NCBI GenBank assembly: GCA_030141605.1
Contig: JAQGDQ010000070.1
Location: 662,045-726,044 of the forward strand
DNA: 64,000 nt
Source: Tubiluchus corallicola
Taxonomy: Eukaryota > Animalia > Priapulida
Direction: 5' to 3'
Shown here: one piece after another, positions 62,905-64,000 of the stretch
Layout: the number at the start of each line of letters is the position of its first letter
How positions within the stretch are numbered: position 1 is the stretch's first letter
Program-made: the position numbers and the translations under genes
Notes under the pieces: model-generated
Database searches by the model: none
What the model was told of the DNA's origin: nothing
The model's input: the letters and a program-made list of their open reading frames with translations, nothing else

Positions 62905-64000
62905 CTAGCCAAACCCCACAAAAAGAATTTTGTGCACAAATCAACACAAAACCCACACCACACCACTCCACCTTATCACACCACACTGCACCACACCATA
63001 CCACTCCACCACATCACACCGCACAGCACCACACCATAACACCACACTGCACCACACCACCCACCCACCTACACACCACACCACCCACACCATACCACTC
63101 CACCACATCACACCACACCGCACCACACCATACCACCTACACACCACACCACCCACACCATACCACTCCACCACATCACACCACACTGCACCACACCATA
63201 CCACTGCACCACCCACACACCACACCACACCACCCACACCATAATACTCCACCACATCACACCGCACAGCACCACACCATAACACCACACTGCACCACAC
63301 CACACAGCACCACACCATAACACCACACTGCACCACACCACCCACCCACCTACACACCACACTGCACCACACCATACCGCTGCAGCACACCGCACCACCC
63401 ACACCATACGACTCCACCACATCACACCACACTGCACCACACCATACCACTGCACCACCCACACACCACACCACACCACCCACACCATAATACTCCACCA
63501 CATCACACCGCACAGCACCACACCATAACTGCACCACAACACCCACCCACACACCACGCCACCCACTCCATACCACACTACCCACACCACACCCCACACA
63601 CCCTATCACCCCACCACACCATCCATAGCACAACACACAAAGCACACCACCACCACACCACATCAAATCCACCACCTCACGTGGTGATCATGATGTTGAT
63701 GATGATGATGATGATGGTGGCAACGATGACGACACCTATAGCACAAGCACCAACAGCACAGCATTACAACAAAACCATTCCAAACATTTTTCACAAAGTT
63801 GAAACTATGTGCTATAATATAATAAATAGCAAAGGCCCCGCAAAAGATTTTGCGTATAAATACACGTGTAATCAATAATACGCGAACATCCTACCTAGTT
63901 CACATTTGTAACACAAAGCCTGTAACATCATGCCTACTGTTTGTTTTTGTTTAACTAACGCAAAGCCTGTAGCTTTTTGCTGAATTAAAGTTATAAGATT
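62905..64000 (-). mobile_element. Helitron-like copy 3, inverted, running off the window end
   Basis: Minus strand ends with the same hairpin and GGCTAG|T at 62905; collinear with copy 1 ~60000-61050. Confidence 0.8.

Noticed and set aside
60315-63675. Long V/W/C/G-rich or H/T/P-rich ORFs (up to 244 aa)
   Set aside because: Translations of the GT satellite; open in several frames on both strands only because the repeat lacks stop codons.

Overview
AT-rich, intron-rich genomic DNA from an animal, most likely an invertebrate; the species cannot be determined from the sequence. There are two convergent multi-exon genes. A synaptotagmin-14/16-like gene lies on + (9 core coding exons, 16014-41631: TM segment plus two C2 domains; start-codon exon not securely located). 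A complete ARHGAP1/p50RhoGAP-like gene lies on - (13 exons, 57963 to 47649, 473 aa, BCH/CRAL-TRIO plus RhoGAP domains). Introns and flanks contain a 5'-truncated LINE with an unbroken RT frame, several decayed LINE pieces, Tigger/pogo and hAT non-autonomous elements with recognisable TIRs and TSDs, a tRNA-type SINE, and micro/minisatellites. The most striking structure is at 59.4-64 kb: three copies of a ~1.7 kb non-autonomous Helitron-like element (A|TC...hairpin-CTAG|T), two head-to-tail and one inverted. Each carries a vestigial internal 3' terminus followed by a (CAT)n and (GTGTG/GTG)n satellite block, consistent with growth by end bypass. All calls were made by eye; no searches were run.
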